A stretch of DNA of 64,000 nt from an uncultured Oscillospiraceae bacterium. Lineage in GTDB: Bacteria; Bacillota; Clostridia; Oscillospirales; Oscillospiraceae. Numbering within the stretch: position 1 is the first letter of the stretch; the number at the start of each line of letters is the position of its first letter. Under the pieces are notes generated by a model. That model made no database searches, was not told where the DNA came from, and saw nothing but the letters and a program-made list of their open reading frames with translations. Shown piece after piece: positions 8,949 to 19,369 of the stretch. The stretch covers positions 1,607 to 65,606 of the forward strand of contig CAJUQD010000010.1 of NCBI GenBank assembly GCA_910588105.1, read 5' to 3'. Both the position numbers and the translations under genes were made by a program.

Positions 8949-11259
8949 ACCGTCTCTTTCGTTTTTTCACCATTGCCAGCGCCAGCCCCGCCAGGGACAA
9001 CGTCCCCAGCCCGATTCCCAGAACCAGTCCCTGCGGGGTGTAGCACAGCTCCACCTCATGTTCGCCGGCGGGCAGGTCTAGGGCCAAAAACGTATCCAGC
9101 CACGTCCCCATTTCCGCCTTTTCGCCGTCCACATAGGCCGTCCAGCCGTCCTCCGCGGGGATGGTAGTCACCAGGGTTTTATCCCCGCCGGACGAGGCCG
9201 ACAGCCGCACCCGGCCGTCCTTGCCCACCGATGTGACCTCCACGTTGTTCAGCTCCTCCGCCGCCCCGCGCAGCACCTCCCGGTCAAAGCTCCACAGCGT
9301 CCCCTCCCAGTAGGTATCGGGGTGGAGTACCGTCACCGTCCACTCCTCGCCGGGGGCGGGCGCACCCAGGCAGTGGACGCAGGCCAGCAGGTCATTGCTG
9401 ACGGACACCACCCGCTCGCCGTTCACCAGCACCTGCGTCACCCCCTTGGCGGACAGGTCGGCGTAGATGGGCCGGCCCTCCCCGGTGAGGGTGAACACCG
9501 TCTCCCCCGCCCCGTTGTCCGTCCCGTCGGCCACCGGGGCAAACGCCGCGGCCTCCCGCCCCAAAAGGCCGCCCAGCAGGTTGTTCTGCCGCTCAAAGGG
9601 GCCGCCCCCCTCCAGCTCCGGCCCGCATTCCGCCGCCAGGAAGGCCAGGGGCAGCGTATCCGGGTTTTTCCACAGGGTCATCCCCCCCGCCTGGGCCACC
9701 CGCTCATAGCCGGGCCGCCCGTCCCGGCTGATGACATACCCCACGTCCAGCACCGCGTCGGTGACCGGGGTGGACCCCCGGTAGGAGCACCAATACCAGG
9801 ACTGGGCAAATCCCAGCTTCTTGAGCAGGCGGTTCACCCCGTAGTGGTACAGGCTGCTGTAGTGGGTAATGCCCGGATATCCCTGCGCCAGCGGGTTATT
9901 GTGACCCCGGTCCGCGGTAGAGCCCAGCCGGGCAAACCGCGGACCGGCGTCCAGCCTGGACGCCGACACCAGCTGGGCGGTGGCGGTATAGCTGTCCCGG
10001 TAGCCCTGGCAGGAATCGGAGCCGTACCGCTCCTGCATGCCGGACGTCAGGGCCCGGGCGTTCCACCCCAGCTCCGCCACCGTAAACACCGCCAGGGCCA
10101 GCGCCGCGCCCCGCTCCAGCCCCCGTTTCCGTTTTTTCAGCGCCTCCAGCACCCGGGGCAGGGCCTGGACGGCCAGATACAGCAAAAAGAAGGAAAACAA
10201 AAATGCGTACCGAAAGGGGAACCAGTTGGGCATACGGAATACATGCCAGGCCTTGTCCAGCGGCGAGAACAGCATGGACAAAAACAAAACCAGCAGCACC
10301 CCCCGCTCGGCCACCTTCTCCCATTCATAGGAATCCCGGCCCAGGAAATGGGCCAGCGCCAGCACCCAGGCCGCCGTCCCGCAGAAGAGGTAGGGCAGGG
10401 CGGCATTTTCGATCCCGCCGAAGCGCCCCGGCAGCAGCTGGCCCAGCAGCAGCACCGGGTTGCACAGCACCAGCCCCCCGTAGTCCGTGAAGTTAACGCC
10501 GTTAAGCTTGCCGCTGAACATGGCCAGGAAGGTGGGCAGCCACAGCCACGCCGTCAGCCCCAGGGCACAGGCCGCGCCGCCCAAAAACCGCCCCAAAATC
10601 CCGGCCAGCGCTTTTTGGCCCGGCCTCAGCCCCGCCAGCCGGACACCCAGGTAGAGCACGCAGAATATGCCAATCATGTAGGAGATATACCAGGTGGAGA
10701 TAAAGCACACGGTGAGCGCCGCGATATACGGCCCGGCCCCCCGGCCCGCCAGGATGCGCTCCACCGCCAGCAGGATGAGGGGCAGCCAGATCACCCCGTC
10801 CAGCCACATGATGCACAGGGAATAGGCGGCGTTATAGGACATCAGGGCGTAGCACACCGCGCACACCAGCGCGGAAATACCGCTGCCGGGGAAACGCCGC
10901 CGGGCAAAGACGGAGAAGGCCAGCCCCGCCAGCCCGATTTTCAGCACCGTCAGCAGGGCCAGCCCCGCGGGCATGGCCTCGTTGGGCGCCAGCAGGGTGA
11001 GCAGGGACAAGGGGCTGGACACATAGTAGGAGATTACCCCGATGTACCCCGTCCCCAGCGACTTGGACCAGGAGAAAAACAGCTCGCCGTTTTTCAGCGC
11101 GCAGAAAAAGTCCACATACTGGCTGGACATGTCGGACACCAATATGGTGTTATCCCCGAAGGGCGCGATGCCCAAGGCCGCGTACACCCACAGCATCACC
11201 GCCGCCGGTATGGCAAAGGCCAGAGCCGGGACCAGATATTGCTCACGTTTTCCCTTCAT
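8947..11259 (-). CDS. YfhO-family membrane glycosyltransferase (GT-C)
   Basis: 770-aa polytopic protein; D..SQY..F, YYVSSP, WLDGVIWLP, PNWFPFRY and C-terminal GWTAYVDG...L.LPAGEHEVEL.Y.P. Confidence 0.85.
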   Translation of the reverse strand: MKGKREQYLVPALAFAIPAAVMLWVYAALGIAPFGDNTILVSDMSSQYVDFFCALKNGELFFSWSKSLGTGYIGVISYYVSSPLSLLTLLAPNEAMPAGLALLTVLKIGLAGLAFSVFARRRFPGSGISALVCAVCYALMSYNAAYSLCIMWLDGVIWLPLILLAVERILAGRGAGPYIAALTVCFISTWYISYMIGIFCVLYLGVRLAGLRPGQKALAGILGRFLGGAACALGLTAWLWLPTFLAMFSGKLNGVNFTDYGGLVLCNPVLLLGQLLPGRFGGIENAALPYLFCGTAAWVLALAHFLGRDSYEWEKVAERGVLLVLFLSMLFSPLDKAWHVFRMPNWFPFRYAFLFSFFLLYLAVQALPRVLEALKKRKRGLERGAALALAVFTVAELGWNARALTSGMQERYGSDSCQGYRDSYTATAQLVSASRLDAGPRFARLGSTADRGHNNPLAQGYPGITHYSSLYHYGVNRLLKKLGFAQSWYWCSYRGSTPVTDAVLDVGYVISRDGRPGYERVAQAGGMTLWKNPDTLPLAFLAAECGPELEGGGPFERQNNLLGGLLGREAAAFAPVADGTDNGAGETVFTLTGEGRPIYADLSAKGVTQVLVNGERVVSVSNDLLACVHCLGAPAPGEEWTVTVLHPDTYWEGTLWSFDREVLRGAAEELNNVEVTSVGKDGRVRLSASSGGDKTLVTTIPAEDGWTAYVDGEKAEMGTWLDTFLALDLPAGEHEVELCYTPQGLVLGIGLGTLSLAGLALAMVKKRKRR

Positions 11260-12196
11260 GCCCGTCTCCTCCCCCGCTCTCCCGCAAAATATAAATGGGC
11301 CTCTTCTTTACCTCTAAATAGGTTTTAGCCAGGTACTGCCCCAGAATGCCCATGCAGAACAGCTGCACTCCGGCCAAAAACAGGATGATGCACACCAGGG
11401 ACGGCCACCCGAAGGCGCTGCCGCCCGACACAAGCTGGCGCACGATGACAAACAGGATGGCGAAAAAGGACGCCGCGCACAAAATCAGCCCCAGCACCGA
11501 CGCGATGGCCAGCGGCGCGGTGGAAAAGGCAATGATGCCGTCCAGGGCGTAGACCAGCAGCTTGAAAAACGACCACTTGCTCTCCCCGGCGGACCGCTCC
11601 ACGTTGACGGTCTCCACCCACTTGGTTCGAAAGCCCACCCAGGAAAAGATGCCCTTGGAGAAACGGTTATACTCCCCCAGGCGGAGGATGGCGTCCACCA
11701 TCTGCCGCTTCATCAGGCGGAAGTCCCTGGCCCCGTCCACAATCTCCGTTTTGCTCATTTTGTTGATGAGCTTGTAGAACTGCCGGGCGAACCAGGAACG
11801 GATGGGCGGCTCCCCCCTGCGGTCCACCCGCCGGACGGCGGCGCAGTCCCACTCCCCGCCGCGCACTGCCTCCAACAGCTCGGGCAGCAGCTCCGGCGGG
11901 TCCTGGAGGTCGGCGTCCATCACCGCCGCCAGCTCACCCCGCGCGTGCTCCAGCCCGGCGAACATGGCCGCCTCCTTGCCGAAGTTCCGGGAGAAGGACA
12001 GCCAGCGCACCTCCGGATGGTCCGCCGCCAGGGCGCGCAGGATATCCAGCGTGCCGTCGGTGGAGCCGTCGTCCACAAAAATGTACTCCGTGTCAATGCC
12101 GTCCAGCCCGCCGCACACCGCCGAGGCGTGGGTGAAAAAGGTCCCCACGGCGGCCTCTTCGTTGTAACAGGGGACAATGATGCTCAAAAGCGCCAC
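11243..12196 (-). CDS. GT2 bactoprenol glycosyltransferase (CsbB/GtrB-like)
   Basis: SIIVPCYNEE, FVDDGSTD, SRNFGKEAA, DADLQDPP, two C-terminal TM segments, EVKKRPIY; GTG at 12196. Confidence 0.9.
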   Translation of the reverse strand: MALLSIIVPCYNEEAAVGTFFTHASAVCGGLDGIDTEYIFVDDGSTDGTLDILRALAADHPEVRWLSFSRNFGKEAAMFAGLEHARGELAAVMDADLQDPPELLPELLEAVRGGEWDCAAVRRVDRRGEPPIRSWFARQFYKLINKMSKTEIVDGARDFRLMKRQMVDAILRLGEYNRFSKGIFSWVGFRTKWVETVNVERSAGESKWSFFKLLVYALDGIIAFSTAPLAIASVLGLILCAASFFAILFVIVRQLVSGGSAFGWPSLVCIILFLAGVQLFCMGILGQYLAKTYLEVKKRPIYILRESGGGDGHEGKT

Positions 12197-12307
12197 TTTC
12201 CTCCCCCCTTTTCCAAAATATAACGGCAATCATTATACCACAGCCCCCCCATACTGTCAACAAGCGGGAGGGCCGGAGCCCCCCGGCCCCGGCCCTCCCG
12301 CGCCCCC

Positions 12308-12472
12308 TCACAGGGGGGAAAAGGCGTCCTTGCCCAGCAGGCACACCGGGCACACCCAGTCGTCGGGGATATCCTCGAAGGGGGTCCCCGGCGCGATGCC
12401 GCCCTCCGGGTCGCCCACCTCCGGGTCGTACACCCAGCCGCACACGCACAGGTATTTGTCCATATCGCCCAT
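12308..12472 (-). CDS. rubredoxin
   Basis: [48 protein letters not shown]. Confidence 0.92.
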   Translation of the reverse strand: MGDMDKYLCVCGWVYDPEVGDPEGGIAPGTPFEDIPDDWVCPVCLLGKDAFSPL

Positions 12473-12635
12473 GTCCGTCAGCTCCTTTTTTAAAAGTCGA
12501 TGCTTCCTATAAGAGTATGCCCACATTGCCGCCCCTTCACACGAAAAAAACGTCCGCCCTGCTTTTTCCACGCATAGGACCGGGGATTTTTTCACATCCT
12601 TCCCACAGAAGCCAAATGGAAAAGAGGTTCACGCC

Positions 12636-13766
12636 ATGAAACGAATAACCGCCCTGGCGCTGGCGCTGCTGTGCCTGCTGCCCCTTCCGGCCCACGCCGC
12701 CCCCGCCCAGGTGACCGCACCCTCCGCCATCCTGATGGAAAAGACCACCGGCAAGGTGCTCTACGAGCAGGACGCGGAAACCCAATATGAGCCCGCCTCG
12801 GTGACCAAGGTGATGACCCTGCTGCTGGTGATGGAGGCCATCGACTCGGGCAGCCTGGGCTGGGACGATATGGTCACCGCCTCCACCCACGCCATCTCCA
12901 TGGGGGGCAGCCAGATCTGGCTGAAGGAAAACGAGCAGATGACCGTCCGGGACATGGTAAAGGCGGTGACAGTGGTGTCCGCCAACGACTGCGCCGTGGC
13001 CCTGGCCGAGCACATCGCGGGCAGCGAGGACGCCTTTGTGGAGCGGATGAACCAGCGGGCCCGGGAGCTGGGCATGAATCACACCACCTTTGTCAACTGC
13101 ACCGGGCTGCCCACCCCGGGCCACCTGACCTGTGCCTACGACATCGCCCGGATGAGCCGGGAGCTGATTTTGAACCATCCCGCCATCCGGGAATACACCA
13201 CCATCTGGATGGACACCCTGCGGGACGGCACCTTCCAGCTGTCCAACACCAACCGGCTGATCTTTTACTACGAGGGGGCCACGGGGCTGAAAACCGGGTT
13301 TACCGACACGGCCCTGTACTGCCTGTCCGCCACGGCGGAGCGGGATGGCATGGAGCTCATCGCCGTGGTGATGCACGCCCCCACCTCCAACGACCGCTTT
13401 GAGAGCTGCAAGGCCCTGCTGAACTACGGCTTTGCCAACTACGCCATCACCCCGGTGTACCCCGAGGCCATCCCCCCGGTGGAGGTGATCCTGGGCGGGC
13501 AGGACACGGTGCAGCCTGTGACCGCCCGGGAGTGCTCCATCCTGCTGGAGAAGGCCAAGGCCGGGACGGTGACCACCCAGATGGAGCTCGCCCCCCAGGT
13601 TGAGGCCCCGGTGGAGGCGGGCCAGAAGCTGGGCGAGCTGCGGGTGCTGGTGGACGGCAGGCAGGTGGATGCCATCGACCTCATCGCCCCCCAGGAGGTG
13701 CCCCGGCTGTCCATTGGGGGGATCTTCAAGCGGTTTCTGGACACATTGTTCCTCCAGGAAGGATAA
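12636..13766 (+). CDS. D-alanyl-D-alanine carboxypeptidase (peptidase S11, DacF-like)
   Basis: Signal peptide; SxxK (ASVTK), SxN (SAND) and KTG motifs. Confidence 0.9.
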   Translation: MKRITALALALLCLLPLPAHAAPAQVTAPSAILMEKTTGKVLYEQDAETQYEPASVTKVMTLLLVMEAIDSGSLGWDDMVTASTHAISMGGSQIWLKENEQMTVRDMVKAVTVVSANDCAVALAEHIAGSEDAFVERMNQRARELGMNHTTFVNCTGLPTPGHLTCAYDIARMSRELILNHPAIREYTTIWMDTLRDGTFQLSNTNRLIFYYEGATGLKTGFTDTALYCLSATAERDGMELIAVVMHAPTSNDRFESCKALLNYGFANYAITPVYPEAIPPVEVILGGQDTVQPVTARECSILLEKAKAGTVTTQMELAPQVEAPVEAGQKLGELRVLVDGRQVDAIDLIAPQEVPRLSIGGIFKRFLDTLFLQEG

Positions 13767-13803
13767 AAATCCGCCCGTCTCTCCTTTGAGGCGGGCGGAT
13801 TTC
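13766..13803. terminator. bidirectional terminator
   Basis: aaaatccgcccg...cgggcggatttt between convergent genes. Confidence 0.8.
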
Positions 13804-13851
13804 CAGTCTTTTTTTACCAACGCCTCCCCGGCTTCGTCGGCACAAGCCCAC

Positions 13852-15234
13852 TCATTCCGCTGTGCCTCCTTCCACCAACGCCTCTCCGGCCAGGTAAATG
13901 TCGCCGGCTCCCACGGTCAAAATCAGGTCCCCCGGCTGGGCCAGCTGGCGCAGCTTTTCCGTCACGTCCTCCAGGGTAGGGCAGAACATGCTGCCGGGGA
14001 TTTGGGCCGCCAGGTCGGCGGAGGAGATGCCGGTGTCGTTGTCCTCCCGGGCGGCGAAGATCTCCGCCAGCAGGGTGACGGCGGGGCGCTTGAGCACCTC
14101 CACAAAATCGTTGAACAGCTCGTGGGTGCGGGAGTAGGTGTGGGGCTGGAAGGCGCAGATCACCCGCTTGAAGTCCAGTGCCTGCGCCGTGTCCAATAGC
14201 GCCGCCAGCTCGCCGGGGTGGTGGGCGTAGTCGTCGCACACCTCCGCGCCGTTGAACATCCCCTTGTACTCAAACCTGCGCCCCGGCAGGCGGAAGTCCC
14301 GCATCCCGTCCTCCGCCGCCTTCCCCGGCACGCCCAGGGCGATGGCCGCCGCCGCGGCGGCGATGGCGTTTTTCACGTTGTGCATACCGGGGACGGACAG
14401 GTCTAGGTGGGCGTATTTTTTCCCCCGGCACATCACGTCGAAGGAACCGAACCCGTGATCCATGGACAGGTTTTCCGCGTGGACGTCCCCCTTGTCAACG
14501 CCGAAGGTCATCACGTCCCGCTCCTCCCCCCGGAGGGTGAACATGGTGTTTTCGTCCTCGCAGTTGGCGATGATGAGGCCGTTTTCCGGCACCTTGTCCG
14601 CAAAGGCCCGGAAGGACTTCTCCACGTCCGCCAGGTCCTTGAAGTAGTCCAGGTGGTCTGCCTCCACGTTGAGGATCACCGCCACCGTGGGGTAAAAGGA
14701 CAGGAAGGAGTCGCAGTATTCGCAGGACTCCAGGATGATGGTCTCCCCCCGGCCCACCCGGTGGCCCGCCTCCAGCAGGGGCAGGGTTCCGCCGATCATC
14801 ACCGTGGGGTCGGCCTGGGCCGCCATGAAGATGTGGGTGCACATGGAGGTGGTAGTTGTCTTGCCGTGGGTGCCCGAGATGCAAAGGGCATTTTTGTAGT
14901 CCCGCATGATGGCCCCCCAGGCCTGGGCCCGCTCGAACACAGGGATGCCCGCGTCCAGCGCGGCTTTGATTTCGGGGTTCCCGTCGTGGACGGCGGCGGT
15001 GCGCACCACGCAGTGGGCCCCCTCCACGCTTTCCGGCCGGTGGCCGATGACCACCGGGATGCCCAGCTTTCTCAGGTGGAGCACGGTGGCGCTCTCCCTC
15101 TGGTCGGAGCCGGTGACCTCCACCCCTGCCCCGTGGAGCACCTCCGCCAGGGACGCCATGGACACCCCGCCGATGCCCACCAGGTGGGCCCGCTTCCCCG
15201 GCTGTAGATAGTTGCGGATATTCTTAGCTTCCAT
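13852..15234 (-). CDS. murC: UDP-N-acetylmuramate--L-alanine ligase
   Basis: HLVGIGGVSM, GTHGKTTTT, DHLDY, DDYAHHP, FQPHTYSRT. Confidence 0.95.
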   Translation of the reverse strand: MEAKNIRNYLQPGKRAHLVGIGGVSMASLAEVLHGAGVEVTGSDQRESATVLHLRKLGIPVVIGHRPESVEGAHCVVRTAAVHDGNPEIKAALDAGIPVFERAQAWGAIMRDYKNALCISGTHGKTTTTSMCTHIFMAAQADPTVMIGGTLPLLEAGHRVGRGETIILESCEYCDSFLSFYPTVAVILNVEADHLDYFKDLADVEKSFRAFADKVPENGLIIANCEDENTMFTLRGEERDVMTFGVDKGDVHAENLSMDHGFGSFDVMCRGKKYAHLDLSVPGMHNVKNAIAAAAAAIALGVPGKAAEDGMRDFRLPGRRFEYKGMFNGAEVCDDYAHHPGELAALLDTAQALDFKRVICAFQPHTYSRTHELFNDFVEVLKRPAVTLLAEIFAAREDNDTGISSADLAAQIPGSMFCPTLEDVTEKLRQLAQPGDLILTVGAGDIYLAGEALVEGGTAE

Positions 15235-15431
15235 ACACATTACCCCATATGACAAACCCGAAATCTGGGCTTTTTTCGATTTGGCAACTTATTATATACT
15301 GCCCTGATGGAAATTGCAACCTGTAAATGAGTATAAGCGTCCCCACCCGGATTTAGACGGGGGGGACGGGCCTTTCCGGGAAAAAATTCCCCTCCGCCGC
15401 CCCCGGCCCTCGGGAAAGCCCGCCTTCCCCC

Positions 15432-15460
15432 TTGCAAACTGCGGCAAAAGCCCTTATAAT
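15432..15460 (+). promoter_or_regulatory. sigma-A promoter for the ktr operon
   Basis: TTGCAA-17 nt-TATAAT. Confidence 0.7.
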
Positions 15461-15516
15461 AGGGCCTGTGCCCTGCGCCGCGCCGGGGAAAAGAATTTGG
15501 AAGGAGGGGGCGCTTT

Positions 15517-16854
15517 ATGAAGGCAAAGCACCGCCCGCTGGCCCCCAACCGGGCGCTGGCCCTGGGCTTTCTGGCCATCATCCTGGCCGGGGCCCTGCTG
15601 CTGATGCTGCCCATCGCCAACCGCGGCGGAAAGGGCCTGTCCTTTCTGGACAGCCTGTTCACCGCCACCTCCGCCACCTGCGTCACCGGCCTTGTGGTGG
15701 CGGATACCTGGACCCAGTTCAACCTGCTGGGCCAGATTATCCTGCTTGCGCTCATCCAGGTGGGCGGACTGGGGTATATGACCATGATGCTCCAGGCCTC
15801 CCTGCTCATGGGCAGGAAGATCGGCCTGCGCCAGCGCTCGGTGATGATGGAGAGCGTCAGCGCCCAGCGCCTGAGCGATGTGCTCACCCTGCTGCGCTAC
15901 ATCCTGGGGGGCACCGCCCTTATCGAGGGGACGGGGGCCGTGCTGCTGGCCTTCCGCTTCATCCCCGAGCTGGGACTGGCCCGGGGAATTTGGTACGCCG
16001 TGTTCCACAGCGTGTCCGCCTTCTGCAACGCGGGCTTCGACCTGATGGGCTTCCGGGAGCCGTACAGCTCCCTCACCCACTACGTGTACGACCCCCTGGT
16101 CAACCTCACTGCCGTGGCCCTGGTCCTGCTGGGCGGGCTGGGCTTCCTGGTGTGGCGGGACGTGCGGGAGAACGGCCTTCACCTGCGCCGCTACTCCCTG
16201 CACTCCAAGCTGATGCTCACCGCCACCCTGGTTCTCACAGTTGGGGGCACAGCCCTGTTCTGGCTGGCGGAGCGGGACAACCTGCTGTCGGGCATGACGG
16301 CGGGGCAGCAGGCCCTGGCTGCCCTGTTCCAGGCGGTGTCCCCCCGGACGGCGGGGTTCAACACCGTGGATCTGGCCAAGCTCACCAGCGGCGGCGGCCT
16401 TCTCACCATTGTGCTGATGTTCATCGGCGCGGGCCCCGGCTCCACCGGCGGCGGCGTGAAGGTGACCACGGTAGTGGTGTGCCTGCTCACCCTTGCGGCC
16501 TACATCCGGGGCCGGCGGGAGGTGGGGGCCTTCAACCGCCGCCTGGACGAGGAGCAGATCCACCGCTCGGCGGCGGGGGTCACCCTCTATATGACCCTGG
16601 CCATGGCGGGGGGCTTCCTCATCCTGGCCACCCAGCCCTTCCCCCTCCAGGATGCGCTGTTCGAGGTCTTCTCCGCCCTGAGCACCGTGGGGCTGTCCAC
16701 CGGCATCACCCGGGATCTGTCCCCCCTCAACCGGGCGGTGGTCATCGTCATGATGTACTGCGGGCGCATCGGCAGCCTGTCCATGCTCATGGCCCTGGCC
16801 CAGCGCTCCGCCCCCCGGGTGAAGGACCCGGTGGAGCACATCACCATCGGATGA
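15517..16854 (+). CDS. Trk/Ktr potassium uptake membrane subunit (KtrB/TrkH)
   Basis: Pore-loop motifs SATCVTGL, SAFCNAGF, PRTAGF, SALSTVGLS; GSTGGGVK. Confidence 0.92.
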   Translation: MKAKHRPLAPNRALALGFLAIILAGALLLMLPIANRGGKGLSFLDSLFTATSATCVTGLVVADTWTQFNLLGQIILLALIQVGGLGYMTMMLQASLLMGRKIGLRQRSVMMESVSAQRLSDVLTLLRYILGGTALIEGTGAVLLAFRFIPELGLARGIWYAVFHSVSAFCNAGFDLMGFREPYSSLTHYVYDPLVNLTAVALVLLGGLGFLVWRDVRENGLHLRRYSLHSKLMLTATLVLTVGGTALFWLAERDNLLSGMTAGQQALAALFQAVSPRTAGFNTVDLAKLTSGGGLLTIVLMFIGAGPGSTGGGVKVTTVVVCLLTLAAYIRGRREVGAFNRRLDEEQIHRSAAGVTLYMTLAMAGGFLILATQPFPLQDALFEVFSALSTVGLSTGITRDLSPLNRAVVIVMMYCGRIGSLSMLMALAQRSAPRVKDPVEHITIG

Positions 16855-16912
16855 CGATCCCGTTTTGCATATAATATAACGTTAGTTCTATTTTAGAAAG
16901 GTGTGCAATCCT

Positions 16913-17563
16913 ATGGCTTCCACATTTCTGGTAATCGGCCTGGGCCGGTTTGGCACCAACCTGGCCCTGCGGCTGATGCACTCGGGCAACGAGGTGATGG
17001 TGCTGGACAGCGACGAGGAGCTGGTGAACCACATCGCCCCCCAGGTCACCCAGGCCAAGATCGGCGACTGCATGGACGAGGAGGTGCTCCGCTCCCTGGA
17101 TCCGGCCTCCTTCGACTTCTGCTTTGTATGTATCAGCGAAAACTTCCAGTCCTCCATGGAGACCACCTCCCTGCTCAAGGAGCTGGGGGCCCCCATGGTG
17201 GTGGCCAAGGCCGACCGGGATCTCCACGCCAAGCTGCTGCTGAAAATCGGCGCGGACGAGGTGGTCTTCCCGGAGCGGGACATGGCCCAGCGCACCGCCA
17301 TGCGCTTCAGCGTCAACGGCGCATTGGAGTACGTGGAGCTGGCCCCGGGCTACGCCATCATGGAGCTGGACGTGCCCGACCACTGGGCGGGGCACACCAT
17401 CCTGGACCTGGATATCCGCAAGAAGTGGAACGTGAACGTCATCGGCCGCAAGGAGGAGGGGGCCATCCGCCCCATCGACGCCTCGTTTGTTTTTGCCGCC
17501 GACACCCACATCCTGGTGGCGGGCCGCCCGGACGATATCACCAGGATGGTGAATGAGGGCTGA
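16913..17563 (+). CDS. Trk/Ktr potassium uptake regulatory subunit (KtrA/TrkA)
   Basis: VIGLGRFG, KIGADEVVFPERDMA, RCK_C domain. Confidence 0.92.
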   Translation: MASTFLVIGLGRFGTNLALRLMHSGNEVMVLDSDEELVNHIAPQVTQAKIGDCMDEEVLRSLDPASFDFCFVCISENFQSSMETTSLLKELGAPMVVAKADRDLHAKLLLKIGADEVVFPERDMAQRTAMRFSVNGALEYVELAPGYAIMELDVPDHWAGHTILDLDIRKKWNVNVIGRKEEGAIRPIDASFVFAADTHILVAGRPDDITRMVNEG

Positions 17564-17687
17564 CGCCCTCTCCCCGGCCTTCTGAGCGCGCAAAGGGGCC
17601 CGGCGGCAAGCCGCCGGGCCCCTGACTGTTGAAAAATGCCTCGCAGAGTCTGCGCCCGCAGGCGCAAGCAAAGCGGCGCATATGCCG

Positions 17688-18923
17688 TTAACCCTCCCGG
17701 AAATCCACGTTTACGTCGCCCAGGTCGCTCTTGGCCTCCAGCTTATAGGGGTAGTTCCCCTTCTGCTTCGCCCCGCTGCCCCGGCCGCGGCCGTTCACCG
17801 TCACTTCGCCCATACTGCACTTCAGCTCGTATTCGCACTCCCCCTCGGCGCAGTTCAGGACGGCCTCCACCTGGCCCAGATTGGTTTTCAGCTTGATGTC
17901 CAGGCCGTCCCACAGCTCTTCCATGCCCAGAACCACGTCCCCGCTGTTGCTCTCCAGGGTAAGCTCCCTGGCCACCTGGGAATCATGGCATTCCACATCG
18001 CCCAGGTTGCTCTTGGCCTCCAGCTCCTCGGCGCGCACGCCGTACAGCTCCACGTCGCCCAGGGCCGTCTTGACCTCCAGCTCCTGTTCCACGGCCACTT
18101 CGCTCACAAAGATGTCGCCCAGGGCGGTCTTGACGTCCAGCTCCTTCACCCGGACGCCGGAGGGCACCGTGATGGACACGTCCAGGCTGTGCACCCCCGT
18201 CAGGCCGCCCCAATTGGACTGGAAGCCGCCGGGCCGGGCATCCTCCACCTTCAGCTTGCCGTCCTTCACCGTCCACCTCAGCTTGTAATCCCCCAGGCTG
18301 CCCTCCTTCTGGATGGACAGGGTGTAGTCGGTCCCGGCGGTAACGGTGATATTGCCAAAGCTGATCTCCGCGTCAATGGTATCAAAGGAATCCAGGTAGC
18401 CGTCCTCCATGGTCCAGAAGCCGAAGCCCTCGGAGACCTCCGGCTCCTCCGCGGTGGCAACCATGCCGCCCGGGGAAGCGGTCACCACAGGTTCCACCCC
18501 GAACTCGTAGAACGCGACCTTCTCGGAGGGCGCCGGCTCCGCCACCGCCGCCTCGCCGGTGACAAGCCCTGCCACGTTCCGGCCCACCAGCCGCCCAAAG
18601 GCAGCCGCGCCCATGGCAATGCTCACCACCGTGAACAGGAGGACCGCCGCCGTAGCCCCCGCCGCCAGCAGCCAGGGCCACTTTTTCTTTTTGCGGGGCG
18701 TCCAGCCCTGGGCCTGCTCCTGGGTGACGTAGCCGCCCTCCACCGCCAGCCGGCAGGACAGCGCCCAGGGGTCGCCCAGCTCCCGGACCACATCGGCCTC
18801 CCGTCCGGGCCCGGCCTCGTCGAAGTATTCCGCGTAGTAGCGCAGGATATTCTGCCGCTCCCGCTCAGGCACCCACCGGGCCAGCCCCTCGGCCAGCTCA
18901 GCCAAATAGGTAAGTTTGTCCAT
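17688..18923 (-). CDS. DUF1700/HAAS-like N-terminus, one TM and a DUF4097-like beta-repeat extracellular domain
   Basis: YLAELAEGL...ILRYYAEYFDEAG...VVRELGDP; TM segment; repeated K(T/S)xLGDV beta motifs. Confidence 0.75.
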   Translation of the reverse strand: MDKLTYLAELAEGLARWVPERERQNILRYYAEYFDEAGPGREADVVRELGDPWALSCRLAVEGGYVTQEQAQGWTPRKKKKWPWLLAAGATAAVLLFTVVSIAMGAAAFGRLVGRNVAGLVTGEAAVAEPAPSEKVAFYEFGVEPVVTASPGGMVATAEEPEVSEGFGFWTMEDGYLDSFDTIDAEISFGNITVTAGTDYTLSIQKEGSLGDYKLRWTVKDGKLKVEDARPGGFQSNWGGLTGVHSLDVSITVPSGVRVKELDVKTALGDIFVSEVAVEQELEVKTALGDVELYGVRAEELEAKSNLGDVECHDSQVARELTLESNSGDVVLGMEELWDGLDIKLKTNLGQVEAVLNCAEGECEYELKCSMGEVTVNGRGRGSGAKQKGNYPYKLEAKSDLGDVNVDFREG

Positions 18924-19236
18924 GCTGCTCGTCCTCCTTCATGATCTCGTCCACGCCGTCCCGGAACTGCTTCCACTCCTCCCGCCGCCGCTCCAGCTGG
19001 GTGCGGCCCACGGGGGTGATGGCGTAATAGCGCCTGTTGCGGCCCTGGTAGGGCCGGTCATACACCGTGAGCAGCCCGTCCCGCTGGAGCCGCCTCAGCA
19101 CCGGGTAGAGGGTGGATTCGGAGATATCCAGCTTGCCCTTCACCTGCTGGGTAAGGATATAACCGTAGGCGTCCCCGTGGGACAGCACCGCCAGTACGCA
19201 CCCGTCCAGCAGCTGCGGGCCGATTGCGTAAGCCAT
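18898..19236 (-). CDS. PadR-family transcriptional regulator
   Basis: VLAVL...AYGY...ISESTLYPVLRRL...GRNRRYYAIT. Confidence 0.92.
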   Translation of the reverse strand: MAYAIGPQLLDGCVLAVLSHGDAYGYILTQQVKGKLDISESTLYPVLRRLQRDGLLTVYDRPYQGRNRRYYAITPVGRTQLERRREEWKQFRDGVDEIMKEDEQHGQTYLFG

Positions 19237-19256
19237 GACACCCCCTCCTTTCACCG

Positions 19257-19290
19257 ATATTATATTGCATCTAATATTGCCCTGTCAACA
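19257..19290 (-). promoter_or_regulatory. padR promoter with an AT-rich inverted-repeat operator
   Basis: TTGACA on the minus strand near 19288 and the inverted repeat atatta-N9-taatat over the -10 region. Confidence 0.5.
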
Positions 19291-19327
19291 TAAAAATCAT
19301 ATTTTTACAAATTCTTAAAAAACGCGG

Positions 19328-19360
19328 AAGGAGCGCCCCTGTCCGGGGCGCTCCCTTTGT
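19328..19360. terminator. hairpin/terminator downstream of mbl
   Basis: ggagcgcccc-tgtcc-ggggcgctcc. Confidence 0.65.
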
Positions 19361-19369
19361 AATCTATCG

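Noticed and set aside
15260..15516. c-di-AMP riboswitch upstream of ktr
   Set aside because: The promoter at 15432-15460 leaves a leader of only about 50 nt, and no ydaO-type consensus is visible.
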